Assembly (NCBI GenBank): GCA_965246885.1 | Contig: OZ251992.1 | Coordinates: 512,001 to 576,000, forward strand | DNA from: Abditibacterium sp. | Lineage (GTDB): Bacteria > Armatimonadota > Abditibacteriia > Abditibacteriales > Abditibacteriaceae | Reading direction: 5' to 3' | DNA: 64,000 nt | Part shown: piece by piece, positions 17,909-27,109 of the stretch | How positions within the stretch are numbered: position 1 is the stretch's first letter | Layout: each line of letters opens with the position of its first letter | Translations under genes and position numbers: made by a program | The notes under the pieces: generated by a model | Databases searched by the model: none | Told to the model about the DNA's origin: nothing | Seen by the model: the letters and a program-made list of their open reading frames with translations, nothing else

Positions 17909-18027
17909 CGCGTCCGGCAGGACGCTTGGGCGCTTGCGCCCGGATGCCGGGGATTTTATATCCCCGGTTAGGAGGTGCTGTCGGGGATATAAAATCCCCG
18001 GCATCCGGCTTCGCCAAGCGTTCTCCG
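17909..18027. repeat. REP/MITE-like palindromic element, copy B (inverted relative to copy A)
   Basis: Reverse complement of 14587-14712 except for the central spacer. Confidence 0.85.
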
Positions 18028-18231
18028 AACGCGCTTCCGTGTGGCACAGGCACAACCTTGTCCCCATCGGGGAAAACCCGCGCTTTTGCCGGAAAATTCT
18101 GTCCCGCGCCCACCGAAATAATTTCCGGGCGCACCGTCTGCGCCCCCGTTTCCGCCCGCTTTGGCGCCGTTTTGAGCGTGGACGGTTTCATCGCGCGACT
18201 TTGCACCGACGGCCCCGCGCGCTGTCAAGTC

Positions 18232-18260
18232 TTAATGGGCGGCGCAAAGGGCGGTATAAT
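18232..18260 (+). promoter_or_regulatory. Candidate sigma70 promoter of dnaB
   Basis: TTAATG-N17-TATAAT (perfect -10 at 18255-18260). Confidence 0.5.
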
Positions 18261-18324
18261 TGCCTCTATCTCTTAGTCGGACGAGTTCCGCTTCGGGCGC
18301 TCTGAGCGCACCCACAACACAGCA

Positions 18325-21069
18325 ATGGCGCAAAATTTCGGGTCGAACCCCTCGGTCATACCGTTTCCGCAACGCGAGGCGAACTCCAACCGCCCGCTCG
18401 CGCGCGAACGGCTCACGCCGCAGTCGCTCGAAGCCGAGCAGTCCACCATCGGCGCCTGCCTGATGGAGCGCGACGCCATCGCGCGCGCCGTTGAACTGCT
18501 GACCGTTGACGACTTCTACCGCGAACTGCACAAGAAGATTTACCGCGTCGTCCTCAAACTCTTCGACCGGGGCGAACCCGCCGACATCGTGACCGTGTCG
18601 GAAGATTTGCGCCGCGCCGGACACTTGGAAGAGTGCGGCGGCGCCGATTATCTGTCCTCCTTAATAGAAGCGTGCCCCAGTTCGGCCAACGTCGAAGCCT
18701 ACGCGCGCGTCGTCCAAGAGAAATCCGTGCTGCGCCAACTGCTCACCGCGAGCGAACAAATCGCGGGCTGGGCGTATCAGCCCGACACCGACGAAGTCCA
18801 CACCCTCGTTGACCGCGCCGAAAAGAAGATCTTCGAGATCGGCCAAAAGCAATTGCGCGACGGCTTCGTCCACATCAAGCCCCTGTTGATGAGCGCCTAC
18901 GACCAAATCGAGCGCCAATTCCAACACAAAGGCGAAGCGATGGGCGTGCCAACAGGTTTCTACGACTTAGACGACATGACGAGCGGCCTGCAACCGACCG
19001 ATTTAATTATCTTAGCAGCCCGTCCTTCCATGGGAAAGTGCCTGTCGAGCAATAGCAAACTAGTAAATCCTCAAGACGGCAGTGTAGTTACCATTGAAGA
19101 AGCAGTCAGAAGTAGGCAAGAGAAAGTCGCCAACATGAACGCCGCCAACCAACTCCAAACGGCGCACGTTTCCGATTGGATAGATTCGGGCGTCAAACCG
19201 ACGTGGAAAGTCACGACGCGATTGGGCCGCTCTGTCGAAACGACGGGGCACCACCCGTTCTTTACCGCCGATGGCTGGGTGCCGCTCCACGACATCAAAG
19301 TCGGCGAGAAGATCGCCGTGCCGCGCTCAGTTCCGGTCTTTGGCGCGGATGAAACATGGTCGAGCGAGCAAGTGCGGTTGCTTGCTTATCTCATCGCCGA
19401 GGGCAATTTGACGAACGCGACCGCGCGCTTCACCAACACCGACCCGCTTTTGGTCGGCGACTTCACGGCGTGCGTCGAGGCGGCTTTCCCCGCTTATGAG
19501 GCGCGCCAAAGCGGCGAGGCCATCACCTACAGCGTCACCCGCAAGGATAAAACCCGGCCCAAAAGCGACATCTCCGCGTGGCTGGAAGAGTTGGGTTTGA
19601 TGGGCAAACTCGCCAAGGAGAAGTTCTTCCCCGCGCCCGTGTGGACGCTCGCCAAGCCCAAACTCGCGGAGTTCTTGCGCGTGCTGTTTTCGTGCGACGG
19701 CACCATCTACAAACTCGGCGACTTCCCGCGCATCGAGTTCACTGTCGCGTCGGAGCGCCTCGCGCAGGACGTGCAACACGCGCTTCTGCGCTTTGGCGTC
19801 GTCGCCAAGCTGTGGGCCAAGACCGCCCGCCACAAGGACAAGTCGTTCGCGTCGTGGCGCGTCGAAATCACGGATCCGTCGTCGGTCATTCGCTTCAACC
19901 TCGAAATCGGCTGGATAGGCGAGAAAGCGAATCGCGCGGTTTCGACCGACTTCTGGGCGCGTGCGCTTCCCAAGCGCGCCTCGAACGCCGGACACCCGCC
20001 GCGCGCAGTGTGGAAGCACGTCGAGTGGGCGTGCAAACGCGCGGGCATCTCGCTCGTCGAACTCGCGCGCCGCTCCGGTGAGACGACGGCAATGGGCAAA
20101 CAGGGCGGCTGGAACCCGCACAAGAACCGCTCCTTGCCTGCGCACCGCTTGCGCGCTTATGCCGAAGTGCTGCAAGACGCGCGCTTGTTCCGTTTGTCGT
20201 CGCCTGATATTTATTGGGATGAGATCGTCTCGATTGAATACATGGGCGAGCAGCAGGTGTATGACTTAACGGTGCCCGATGGCTCGAACTTCGTCGCGCA
20301 AGATATTTTTGTGCACAATACCGCGCTCGCATTAAACATCGCGCACCACATTGCGCTAAAGGAGCGGTTGCCCGTTGCCATCTTTTCTTTGGAGATGTCG
20401 AAGGAGCAGTTAGTGCAGCGATTGATTTGTTCGCAAGCGGAAATTAAGTCGCAAGACTTGCGGCGTGGGAAGGTGCAGGACTCGGATTGGCATCGGATAA
20501 CGAACGCGGTCAACGAACTTTATCAGGCGCCCATCTTTATTGATGACGTGCCGGGGGCGGGCACCTTCGAGATGCGCGCCAAAGCGCGAAGACTGACGGC
20601 GGAGCATGGGCAACTGGGCCTCATTGTGATAGATTACTTGCAATTAGCGCACTCGTCGGGGAAGTCCGAGAACCGCGTGCAGGAAATCTCCGAAATCGCG
20701 CGGGCGTTTAAGTCAATGGCGCGCGAACTGAAGTGCCCCATCATCGCGCTCTCGCAACTGTCGCGCGCCGTCGAGCAGCGCGAAGACAAGCGCCCGATGC
20801 TTTCCGACCTGCGCGAATCGGGCGCAATCGAAGCCGACGCCGACATCGTCACCTTCATCTACCGCCCCTCCTACTACCGCCGCAAGGCGCAAATGAAGGA
20901 CGGCGTGCCCGACCCCAATGCCGAACCCGACCCCGACGATGGCATCGCCGAAATCATCATCGGCAAACAGCGCAACGGCCCCGTCGGAATGGTCAAATTA
21001 GGTTTTCAACCGGAGTTCGCCCGCTTTACAAATCTGGCGCGCGACCAATACCGGGGCTACAGCGACTAA
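18325..21069 (+). CDS. dnaB: Replicative DNA helicase with intein
   Basis: PQSLEAEQS, ARPSMGK|T, FSLEM, IDYLQL, ALSQLSR, DLRESGAIE, KQRNGP. Confidence 0.97.
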   Translation: MAQNFGSNPSVIPFPQREANSNRPLARERLTPQSLEAEQSTIGACLMERDAIARAVELLTVDDFYRELHKKIYRVVLKLFDRGEPADIVTVSEDLRRAGHLEECGGADYLSSLIEACPSSANVEAYARVVQEKSVLRQLLTASEQIAGWAYQPDTDEVHTLVDRAEKKIFEIGQKQLRDGFVHIKPLLMSAYDQIERQFQHKGEAMGVPTGFYDLDDMTSGLQPTDLIILAARPSMGKCLSSNSKLVNPQDGSVVTIEEAVRSRQEKVANMNAANQLQTAHVSDWIDSGVKPTWKVTTRLGRSVETTGHHPFFTADGWVPLHDIKVGEKIAVPRSVPVFGADETWSSEQVRLLAYLIAEGNLTNATARFTNTDPLLVGDFTACVEAAFPAYEARQSGEAITYSVTRKDKTRPKSDISAWLEELGLMGKLAKEKFFPAPVWTLAKPKLAEFLRVLFSCDGTIYKLGDFPRIEFTVASERLAQDVQHALLRFGVVAKLWAKTARHKDKSFASWRVEITDPSSVIRFNLEIGWIGEKANRAVSTDFWARALPKRASNAGHPPRAVWKHVEWACKRAGISLVELARRSGETTAMGKQGGWNPHKNRSLPAHRLRAYAEVLQDARLFRLSSPDIYWDEIVSIEYMGEQQVYDLTVPDGSNFVAQDIFVHNTALALNIAHHIALKERLPVAIFSLEMSKEQLVQRLICSQAEIKSQDLRRGKVQDSDWHRITNAVNELYQAPIFIDDVPGAGTFEMRAKARRLTAEHGQLGLIVIDYLQLAHSSGKSENRVQEISEIARAFKSMARELKCPIIALSQLSRAVEQREDKRPMLSDLRESGAIEADADIVTFIYRPSYYRRKAQMKDGVPDPNAEPDPDDGIAEIIIGKQRNGPVGMVKLGFQPEFARFTNLARDQYRGYSD
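19039..20319 (+). mobile_element. 427-aa intein with LAGLIDADG-type homing endonuclease in the DnaB P-loop
   Basis: Starts C(LSS) after GK; block B TTGHHPF; LLAYLIAEG and FLRVLFSCDG; block F VYDLTV; ends VHN, followed by T+1. Confidence 0.95.
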
Positions 21070-21091
21070 AAACGGACGTCTGTCGTGCGAC

Positions 21092-21245
21092 GGCGGGAGG
21101 AATTTATCGGATGCGGGGAGGTATTTACGGGACGCGGGGAGGTATTTACGCCGTGCGGGGAGGTATTCACGGGACGCGGGGAGGAGTTCATGGCGTGCGG
21201 GGAGGAAATCACGGGATGCGGGGAGGTATTTATGGGGTGCGGGAC
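21092..21245. repeat. Tandem array, ~7 x 21 bp
   Basis: Consensus GCGGGGAGGTATTTACGGGAY. Confidence 0.9.
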
Positions 21246-21276
21246 GTCTCCCGTGCTTTCAGCGCACACTCTGATC

Positions 21277-21960
21277 ATGACAACGCTGGCTTCCATCGAA
21301 CGGGTGTTGCACCTGCAAGGGAGCGCGTATGAGTTCCTGCTGTGGCTGGGGCAACGCGCGCGCGAAGACGACTCAATCCTGCGCGACGAGAACATCGAAG
21401 CGTGGCGCTTCCCCGACTCGACGCAGGTGTGGCTAGGCGGCTTTGTCGGGATGATGCCCGCGCATTTGCGCCCGGAGGAGGGCGACGCTCCCGCTTTCTC
21501 GCGGCTGTTCTCGTCGTTCTTCTCGACTTCCTTTCAGGTGTCCGAGAAGACGAACTTGACCCAGAATGATGGAGATGGGCGTTACGGGTGGCAAGAAGAC
21601 CGGCGCTCGTTGGTGGCCGCCCCGCCGTCGCTGGGCAAGAAGAGCGCGAAGGGCAAAGCGAAGGTCAAGGATGATGCGCGGGAGTTGAAGTTGCTGGCGC
21701 TCGAAGCCTTGGCGTTAGAGGAGGAACTGTTCCCGTCGCGGGCGGAGTTGGAAGCGCTCCTCGCGCAACCCGAATTAGAGCGCGAGGTGTTGATTTGGAC
21801 GTATTTCCACGAGATAGAGCGGCGCGCGAACTTCGCTTCGCAAGGCGCCCCGGTGCTGTATTTGTGGCGCGAAATGAGCGTGGCGGAGCGGCGAAAGCTG
21901 GACGCCGCGCGGGTGTGGGAAGCGCGCGAAGCGTTGCTGAAGCAACTGCGGGCCGCTTGA
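21277..21960 (+). CDS. Hypothetical protein
   Basis: ORF after the repeat array; the repeat-derived N-terminal extension in the ORF track is excluded. Confidence 0.65.
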   Translation: MTTLASIERVLHLQGSAYEFLLWLGQRAREDDSILRDENIEAWRFPDSTQVWLGGFVGMMPAHLRPEEGDAPAFSRLFSSFFSTSFQVSEKTNLTQNDGDGRYGWQEDRRSLVAAPPSLGKKSAKGKAKVKDDARELKLLALEALALEEELFPSRAELEALLAQPELEREVLIWTYFHEIERRANFASQGAPVLYLWREMSVAERRKLDAARVWEAREALLKQLRAA

Positions 21961-21975
21961 GACAAACTACGGCTC

Positions 21976-23031
21976 ATGCAAATTCGCTTTTCATGGGTGC
22001 TGTTGAGCGCCTTGGCAATTCCGGCGGCGGCGCAGACGAGCGCCGCGCCGTCGAAGCGCCACGAGTTCTCCAAGATCGATCCGGCATGGGAAGCGAAGAC
22101 GAAGTTTTTGCGCCCGCAGTCCCTCTACTACAAGTCGTTGTCACCACAGGAACATTCGCAGTCGGAGATGATTAGCTTCGAGGCACTGCCGCTTCAACTG
22201 GGCGACGATGCGTTTATCGTCGTGAATGGCACGGTGAAGCGCAATGCAAAAACCGATTGGAAGACCGTCTCCTACTCCGAGAAGTTGCCCGCAAAAGCAG
22301 AGGGCACGTTGCGCAAAAAGCTCTGCTACTCGCCCAATGGTCGGCTCGTTGCGGAAAGCGATGTTTCGGCCACTGACACCTTTTCCCGCCGCTTTGCCAC
22401 AGATGGCTCGGTGGTTGCTTACGAACACACGGTTGGCACGAAGTCGGACGCGGGGTGGAGCATCAGCCCCGACCGAAAAACCGTTAGCCACTTCGAGGGC
22501 GGCGAGGGCGACTGGATCGAGTGGAGCGACAAAGCCGGTGACTTCACGCACTTCTGGTATCACGAAGGCACCGCGTATCTGGTGGAAAACTTCCAAAACG
22601 GCAAACGCCTCAGCGCGAACCTTGGTAGCCCGCAAGATGGTTACCTGCGAACTTCCCTCAAAGGAGAAGAATTGAACTTGTTCTCATTGCACGAGGTCTG
22701 GAGCAAGACGCCAAACACACCGGTTCAGGCGCAGGTCATGGACTTTTACGGCGACGGCAAGGGCCACATCCTCCCCTTCCACGTCACCGATGACGAAGTG
22801 AAAAAGCACATTCGCTCTCGTTGGCCTCGCTTCTTCTCTGGCTCGCAAAGCGCGTTGCTTCACGAGCAGCAGCAGAGAAAAGCCATTCAGCAGCAACTCG
22901 AAGGCGACTACCTCCACCGCCGCGCCGACTTTCTGGTGAGCTACGAAAAGGTGCTACGCGCCGCCGGACAGACGTGGCACAGCGTTGGTTTGGACGACCT
23001 TTCGCCGCACCACACCGTTGAACCGAGCTAA
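21976..23031 (+). CDS. Secreted hypothetical protein
   Basis: Signal peptide ending PAAA-Q; 351 aa. Confidence 0.7.
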   Translation: MQIRFSWVLLSALAIPAAAQTSAAPSKRHEFSKIDPAWEAKTKFLRPQSLYYKSLSPQEHSQSEMISFEALPLQLGDDAFIVVNGTVKRNAKTDWKTVSYSEKLPAKAEGTLRKKLCYSPNGRLVAESDVSATDTFSRRFATDGSVVAYEHTVGTKSDAGWSISPDRKTVSHFEGGEGDWIEWSDKAGDFTHFWYHEGTAYLVENFQNGKRLSANLGSPQDGYLRTSLKGEELNLFSLHEVWSKTPNTPVQAQVMDFYGDGKGHILPFHVTDDEVKKHIRSRWPRFFSGSQSALLHEQQQRKAIQQQLEGDYLHRRADFLVSYEKVLRAAGQTWHSVGLDDLSPHHTVEPS

Positions 23032-23064
23032 GCGCGTGGTGTTTCTCCCGTCACACTTACGCCC

Positions 23065-24339
23065 ATGAAAATCTTGGTGTTGGGGGGTGGCGGGCGCGAA
23101 CATGCGCTTGTGTGGAAGATTCGGCAGTCGCCGCTTGTGAGCGAGGTCTTTTGCAGTCCGGGCAATGCGGGGACTGTGCGCGAGTGCCCGTGTTTGGTGG
23201 GAGATGCGGTCGAGGTGGCGCGCTTGGTGGGCGCGGATTTGGTGGTGGTGGGGCCGGATGGGTTGTTGGCGGAGGGGGTGGTGGACAGGTTGCAAGCGGC
23301 GGGGTTTCTGGCGTTTGGGCCAACGCAAAGCGCAGCGCGGTTGGAATCGAGCAAGATTTGGACTAAACAGCTACTGCGTGACGCGGGGGTGCCGACGGCG
23401 AAGTTCGCCGCGTTCGACACGGCGCAAGCGGCGAAGGCGTATCTGGCGTCGCAGGGCGAGAGCGCGTTCGTGGTCAAGGCGGACGGCCTCGCAGTTGGGA
23501 AGGGCGTGGTGGTGGCGGACACGCTCGCGCAAGCCCTCGCGGGGGTGGACGAAGTGCTGGGCGTCGCGGCGCAAACAGTCGTGGGAGACGGGGGGCGCGT
23601 GCTGGTCGAGGAGCGAATGACTGGGCCGGAAGTGTCGTTCTTCGCGCTCACCGATGGGCAGAGTTTGCTGCCGATGCTCGCGGTGCGCGACCATAAGCGC
23701 GCTTTCGATGGCGATAGGGGGCCGAATACGGGCGGAATGGGCTGCTTTTCGCCGGTTCCGGAGTGGAACGCGGCGCTGGAAGCGCAGGTGATGGCGCAGA
23801 TATTGGCGCCGACGCTCGCAACGATGCGCAAAATGGGCGTGGACTATCGCGGCGTGCTGTATTGCGGGCTGATGCTGACGGAAACTGGGCCGAAAGTGGT
23901 CGAATACAACGCGCGTTTTGGCGACCCGGAATGTCAGGTGCTCATGGCGCTGTGCGCGTCGGACATCGTGCCTGCCCTGCTCGCGTGCGCGCGGGGCGAC
24001 GGGTTGGACGCGGTGCAATTGACGTGGAAACAGGAGGCGGCGCTGCTCGTGGTGATGGCAGCGGCGGGTTATCCGGCCTCTCCCCGGCGCGGCGACGCCC
24101 TTGTCGGATTGGAGGCCGTAACCGACGCGCTGGTTTTTCACGCGGGAACGCGCGCGGAGGCGGATGGGCGAATTGTAACGAGTGGCGGGCGGGTGTTGGG
24201 GGTGCTTGGAACGGGCGCCGACTTCCCCCTCGCGCGGCGGCGGGCGTATGAGGCAGTGGGCCAGATTGCCTTCGAGGGCGCGCATTTTCGGGGGGATATT
24301 GGAAGCTCTCTGGTAGGGCAGGGCGTGCCGGGCGACTGA
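23065..24339 (+). CDS. purD: Phosphoribosylamine-glycine ligase
   Basis: GGGGREHAL, KADGLAVGKGV, GPNTGGMG, EYNARFGDPE. Confidence 0.97.
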   Translation: MKILVLGGGGREHALVWKIRQSPLVSEVFCSPGNAGTVRECPCLVGDAVEVARLVGADLVVVGPDGLLAEGVVDRLQAAGFLAFGPTQSAARLESSKIWTKQLLRDAGVPTAKFAAFDTAQAAKAYLASQGESAFVVKADGLAVGKGVVVADTLAQALAGVDEVLGVAAQTVVGDGGRVLVEERMTGPEVSFFALTDGQSLLPMLAVRDHKRAFDGDRGPNTGGMGCFSPVPEWNAALEAQVMAQILAPTLATMRKMGVDYRGVLYCGLMLTETGPKVVEYNARFGDPECQVLMALCASDIVPALLACARGDGLDAVQLTWKQEAALLVVMAAAGYPASPRRGDALVGLEAVTDALVFHAGTRAEADGRIVTSGGRVLGVLGTGADFPLARRRAYEAVGQIAFEGAHFRGDIGSSLVGQGVPGD

Positions 24340-24436
24340 AGTCGCGGCAACTCACAGCGAAGTCGGCCTGCGCCGACTGCACTTCTAACTCCAGCCTCCG
24401 CAGGGAGGCTTTGCTGTGAGTTGCCGTCGCCCGGCG
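24325..24436. repeat. REPIN-like cruciform element
   Basis: Outer arms CGGCAACTCACAGC / GCTGTGAGTTGCCG; inner hairpins GTCGGC-ctgc-GCCGAC and CCTCC-gcag-GGAGG. Confidence 0.7.
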
Positions 24437-24627
24437 CCCGGCACAAAGAGGTGTGCGACACAAGTTCCTTCCGCATTTCCGCACGGACATCGGGGCGATT
24501 GCCCCTTAAATGGGCGGTTTTTCGGGGTAAACGGCGTCGCGCCCTAAAAGTGGCGTTAAACTGGCGCCATCTTCAATGGCGCCGGGGGGATGGGCCGCTC
24601 GGCGCTTCCCCTACGGGTGTTATCTCT

Positions 24628-25308
24628 ATGCCTCTTGCCGAAATTCACGTCACGCTCAAGCCCGCGCTTTTTGACGCGCAAGGACAAACCATCAAAAAGG
24701 CGCTCTTGCAGCTGGGGCACGCGGGCGTTTCCGACGTTCGCATCGGCAAATATATCACCGTCGAAGTGTCCGGCGACCCGCTTCTGATGCAGGACGAACT
24801 CGACCTGATGTGCCGCCAACTGCTCGCCAACCCGGTGATGGAGGACTACGAAATCACCTTTGCCGGGGCGCCGCAACCCGTCGCTCCGGCGCGGGCGGTC
24901 GAGAACCCGTCGGCGCCCGCGCCGGGGGCCGTCCTGCACAACCAAAGCGTCGGCGTAACGGCGGGGCGCATCACGGCGCCCTCATCGCAAGTGGCGGCGA
25001 GCGCGGCAGGCGGGGCCGAGCCGGTCTCAACCCCCGGCGGCGTCACCGACCCGTTTCAAGTGGATTTCCGCTCCTACGAAGCGATGCCCACCGACGCCAA
25101 GATGGGCCTGCGCACCCTTGCGCTACGCAAATACGGCACGTGGATTGAGGGCCAACTGCGGGGCCGCAAAGCCGCGTGGGTGTTGTGCTTGGGGCAGGAA
25201 GTCCTCGAAAGCGGCCCGACCATTGACTCGTATCCCTCCGACCAGCACCTGCTCAAGATGGGGATCCAATACGACCGCGTGCCTTGGGTGTTCACCAAAC
25301 CCAACTGA
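24628..25308 (+). CDS. purS: PurS with long C-terminal extension
   Basis: VTLKP...DAQG..I..AL, VRIGKYI, MC..LLANPVMEDY; upstream of purQ; about 145 extra aa. Confidence 0.88.
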   Translation: MPLAEIHVTLKPALFDAQGQTIKKALLQLGHAGVSDVRIGKYITVEVSGDPLLMQDELDLMCRQLLANPVMEDYEITFAGAPQPVAPARAVENPSAPAPGAVLHNQSVGVTAGRITAPSSQVAASAAGGAEPVSTPGGVTDPFQVDFRSYEAMPTDAKMGLRTLALRKYGTWIEGQLRGRKAAWVLCLGQEVLESGPTIDSYPSDQHLLKMGIQYDRVPWVFTKPN

Positions 25309-25326
25309 CACCGCGACCTCCTCACC

Positions 25327-26055
25327 ATGCACTTTGGCATCTTAGTTTTTCCCGGCACCAACTGCGAGCGCGACACCCTCCATGTCGTGACGGACGTGTT
25401 GGGCGAAACCGGCGCGCTCGTCTGGCATGAGGCGACCGACCTTTCGCCCTTCGACGCGGTCATCATCCCCGGCGGCTTCGCGCACGGCGACTACCTGCGC
25501 ACCGGCGCCGTCGCGCGTTTTTCACCGGTGATGGACTCGGTCGCTGAGTTCGCCGCCAACGGCAAGCCGGTGCTTGGCATTTGCAACGGCTTCCAGATTT
25601 TGTGCGAGGCGGGCCTCCTTCCCGGCGCGCTCCGGCGCAACTACAACTCGCATTTCATCTGCCGCGACGCCCACCTGCGCGTCGAATCGAACCGCAACCC
25701 GTTCCTGCACCTGACCAATGTCGGCGATATTTTGCGGATGCCCGTTCGTCACGGCGAGGGCTGCTACACGGTGGATGACGCCACGCTTGCGGGGATGGAA
25801 GCGCGCGGCCAAGTCGTGCTCCGCTACGTCAACCGGCGCGGCCAATTGGACGACGCGGCCAATCCCAATGGCAGCGTGTCGAACATCGCGGGCGTCTGTT
25901 CTGAGCGCGGCAACGTCTTGGCCCTCATGCCGCACCCCGAAGCCGCGAGCGAAATCCTGCTCGGCAGCGCCGACGGCTTGCGGATATTCGCCGCAATGAC
26001 GCGCGAACTCGACCCGACCCGCGCCACGCCCAAAGACCCCTTGATGGCGCTTTAA
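25327..26055 (+). CDS. purQ: FGAM synthase glutaminase subunit
   Basis: FPGTNC, PGGFAHGDYLR, GICNGFQ, MPHPE. Confidence 0.97.
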   Translation: MHFGILVFPGTNCERDTLHVVTDVLGETGALVWHEATDLSPFDAVIIPGGFAHGDYLRTGAVARFSPVMDSVAEFAANGKPVLGICNGFQILCEAGLLPGALRRNYNSHFICRDAHLRVESNRNPFLHLTNVGDILRMPVRHGEGCYTVDDATLAGMEARGQVVLRYVNRRGQLDDAANPNGSVSNIAGVCSERGNVLALMPHPEAASEILLGSADGLRIFAAMTRELDPTRATPKDPLMAL

Positions 26056-26070
26056 AGAACCGCACAAATC

Positions 26071-26691
26071 ATGTCTACAGCCACTTCTGCTCCCCTTCGC
26101 CCCGCCGCGCGCCCGCGCTCGCGGGCGGCGTTCAAGTCCAATGATGGGCGCTTGCGCGTGGCGGATTGGGCCAAACTGCCCGAAACCAAGCCGCACTACG
26201 AACTCATTGACGGGATTCTCCAGCAGAAAATGCCGACACGACGCAGACACTCGCACGCCGCAGCCATGCTGCACTTCCTCTTGATGCAATGGGGATTGGA
26301 ACAGGGCTGGATGTTTTACACCGAAGGCACCGCCGTCCGCGCCGACCAGTTCAACGGCTTCATCCCCGACGTGAGCGGCTTCGCGCCGAACGTCACGCTC
26401 GACCCCGAAGCCGTCTACGAGCAAGCGCCCTTCTTGGTCGCCGAAGTCCTTTCCACGTCCACCGCCAAAGACGACCGCACCACGAAGATGGACGGCTACG
26501 CGCAGGCGGAAGTCGAGTTGTATTTGCTCATTGATACGAAGAAACGCGCGGTCGAGGTGTATCGTTTGCACGCAGGAGGCTACGGCGCGCCGGAAACCTT
26601 GAGGGGGGACAAGGTGTGGGCGCCCGCAGAACTGCCCGAACTGCGATTGGATTTGGCGCGTTTGTGGATGCCCGCGCGCCGGGGCAAATGA
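26071..26691 (+). CDS. Uma2-family PD-(D/E)xK endonuclease
   Basis: YELIDG, IPDVS, LVAEVLS.ST..DD...K...Y, YLLID. Confidence 0.88.
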   Translation: MSTATSAPLRPAARPRSRAAFKSNDGRLRVADWAKLPETKPHYELIDGILQQKMPTRRRHSHAAAMLHFLLMQWGLEQGWMFYTEGTAVRADQFNGFIPDVSGFAPNVTLDPEAVYEQAPFLVAEVLSTSTAKDDRTTKMDGYAQAEVELYLLIDTKKRAVEVYRLHAGGYGAPETLRGDKVWAPAELPELRLDLARLWMPARRGK

Positions 26692-27101
26692 ACCGCATGG
26701 CGACTTGGCTTTTTAAAACCGAACCCGCGACCTACTCGTTCGCGGATTTGGAAAACGACGAACACACGATGTGGGATGGCGTCTCGAACGCCCTCGCCCT
26801 CAAATACCTGCGCGCCGTCGAAGATGGCGATACCGTCCTCGTCTACCACACCGGCGACGAGAAGCAAATTGTGGGCGTCGCCGAAATCTCGCGCGAGTGC
26901 TACCTGCCCGACGGCGAAACCGACCCCAAAAAAGCCGTCTGCGACATCTCCTTCGTGCGCTGGCTCGACGCCCCCATCACCCTCGCCCAAATCAAAGCCG
27001 AGCCGAGCTTAGCCGAGTGGGAGTTAGTGCGCCTCGCCCGCCTGTCCGTCGTCCCCGTCAGCGACGAAGTGTGGGATAAATTGCAGGTTTGGATGGGGTA
27101 A
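26688..27101 (+). CDS. EVE domain protein
   Basis: WLFKTEP..YS, WDGV.N..A, GD.VL.YH.G, RLSVVPV; ATGA overlap with the Uma2 gene. Confidence 0.92.
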   Translation: MNRMATWLFKTEPATYSFADLENDEHTMWDGVSNALALKYLRAVEDGDTVLVYHTGDEKQIVGVAEISRECYLPDGETDPKKAVCDISFVRWLDAPITLAQIKAEPSLAEWELVRLARLSVVPVSDEVWDKLQVWMG

Positions 27102-27109
27102 CAGCCGCC

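Noticed and set aside
18030..18230. Possible ncRNA or repeat upstream of dnaB
   Set aside because: No consistent periodicity or convincing structure could be established by eye.
21085..21276. CGEVFTG-repeat N-terminus, or a CRISPR array
   Set aside because: It is a tandem 21-bp repeat with no unique spacers and no cas genes; the real start is more likely 21277.
24440..24627. Purine/ZTP riboswitch upstream of purS
   Set aside because: No recognisable consensus elements; a cmscan against Rfam would settle it.
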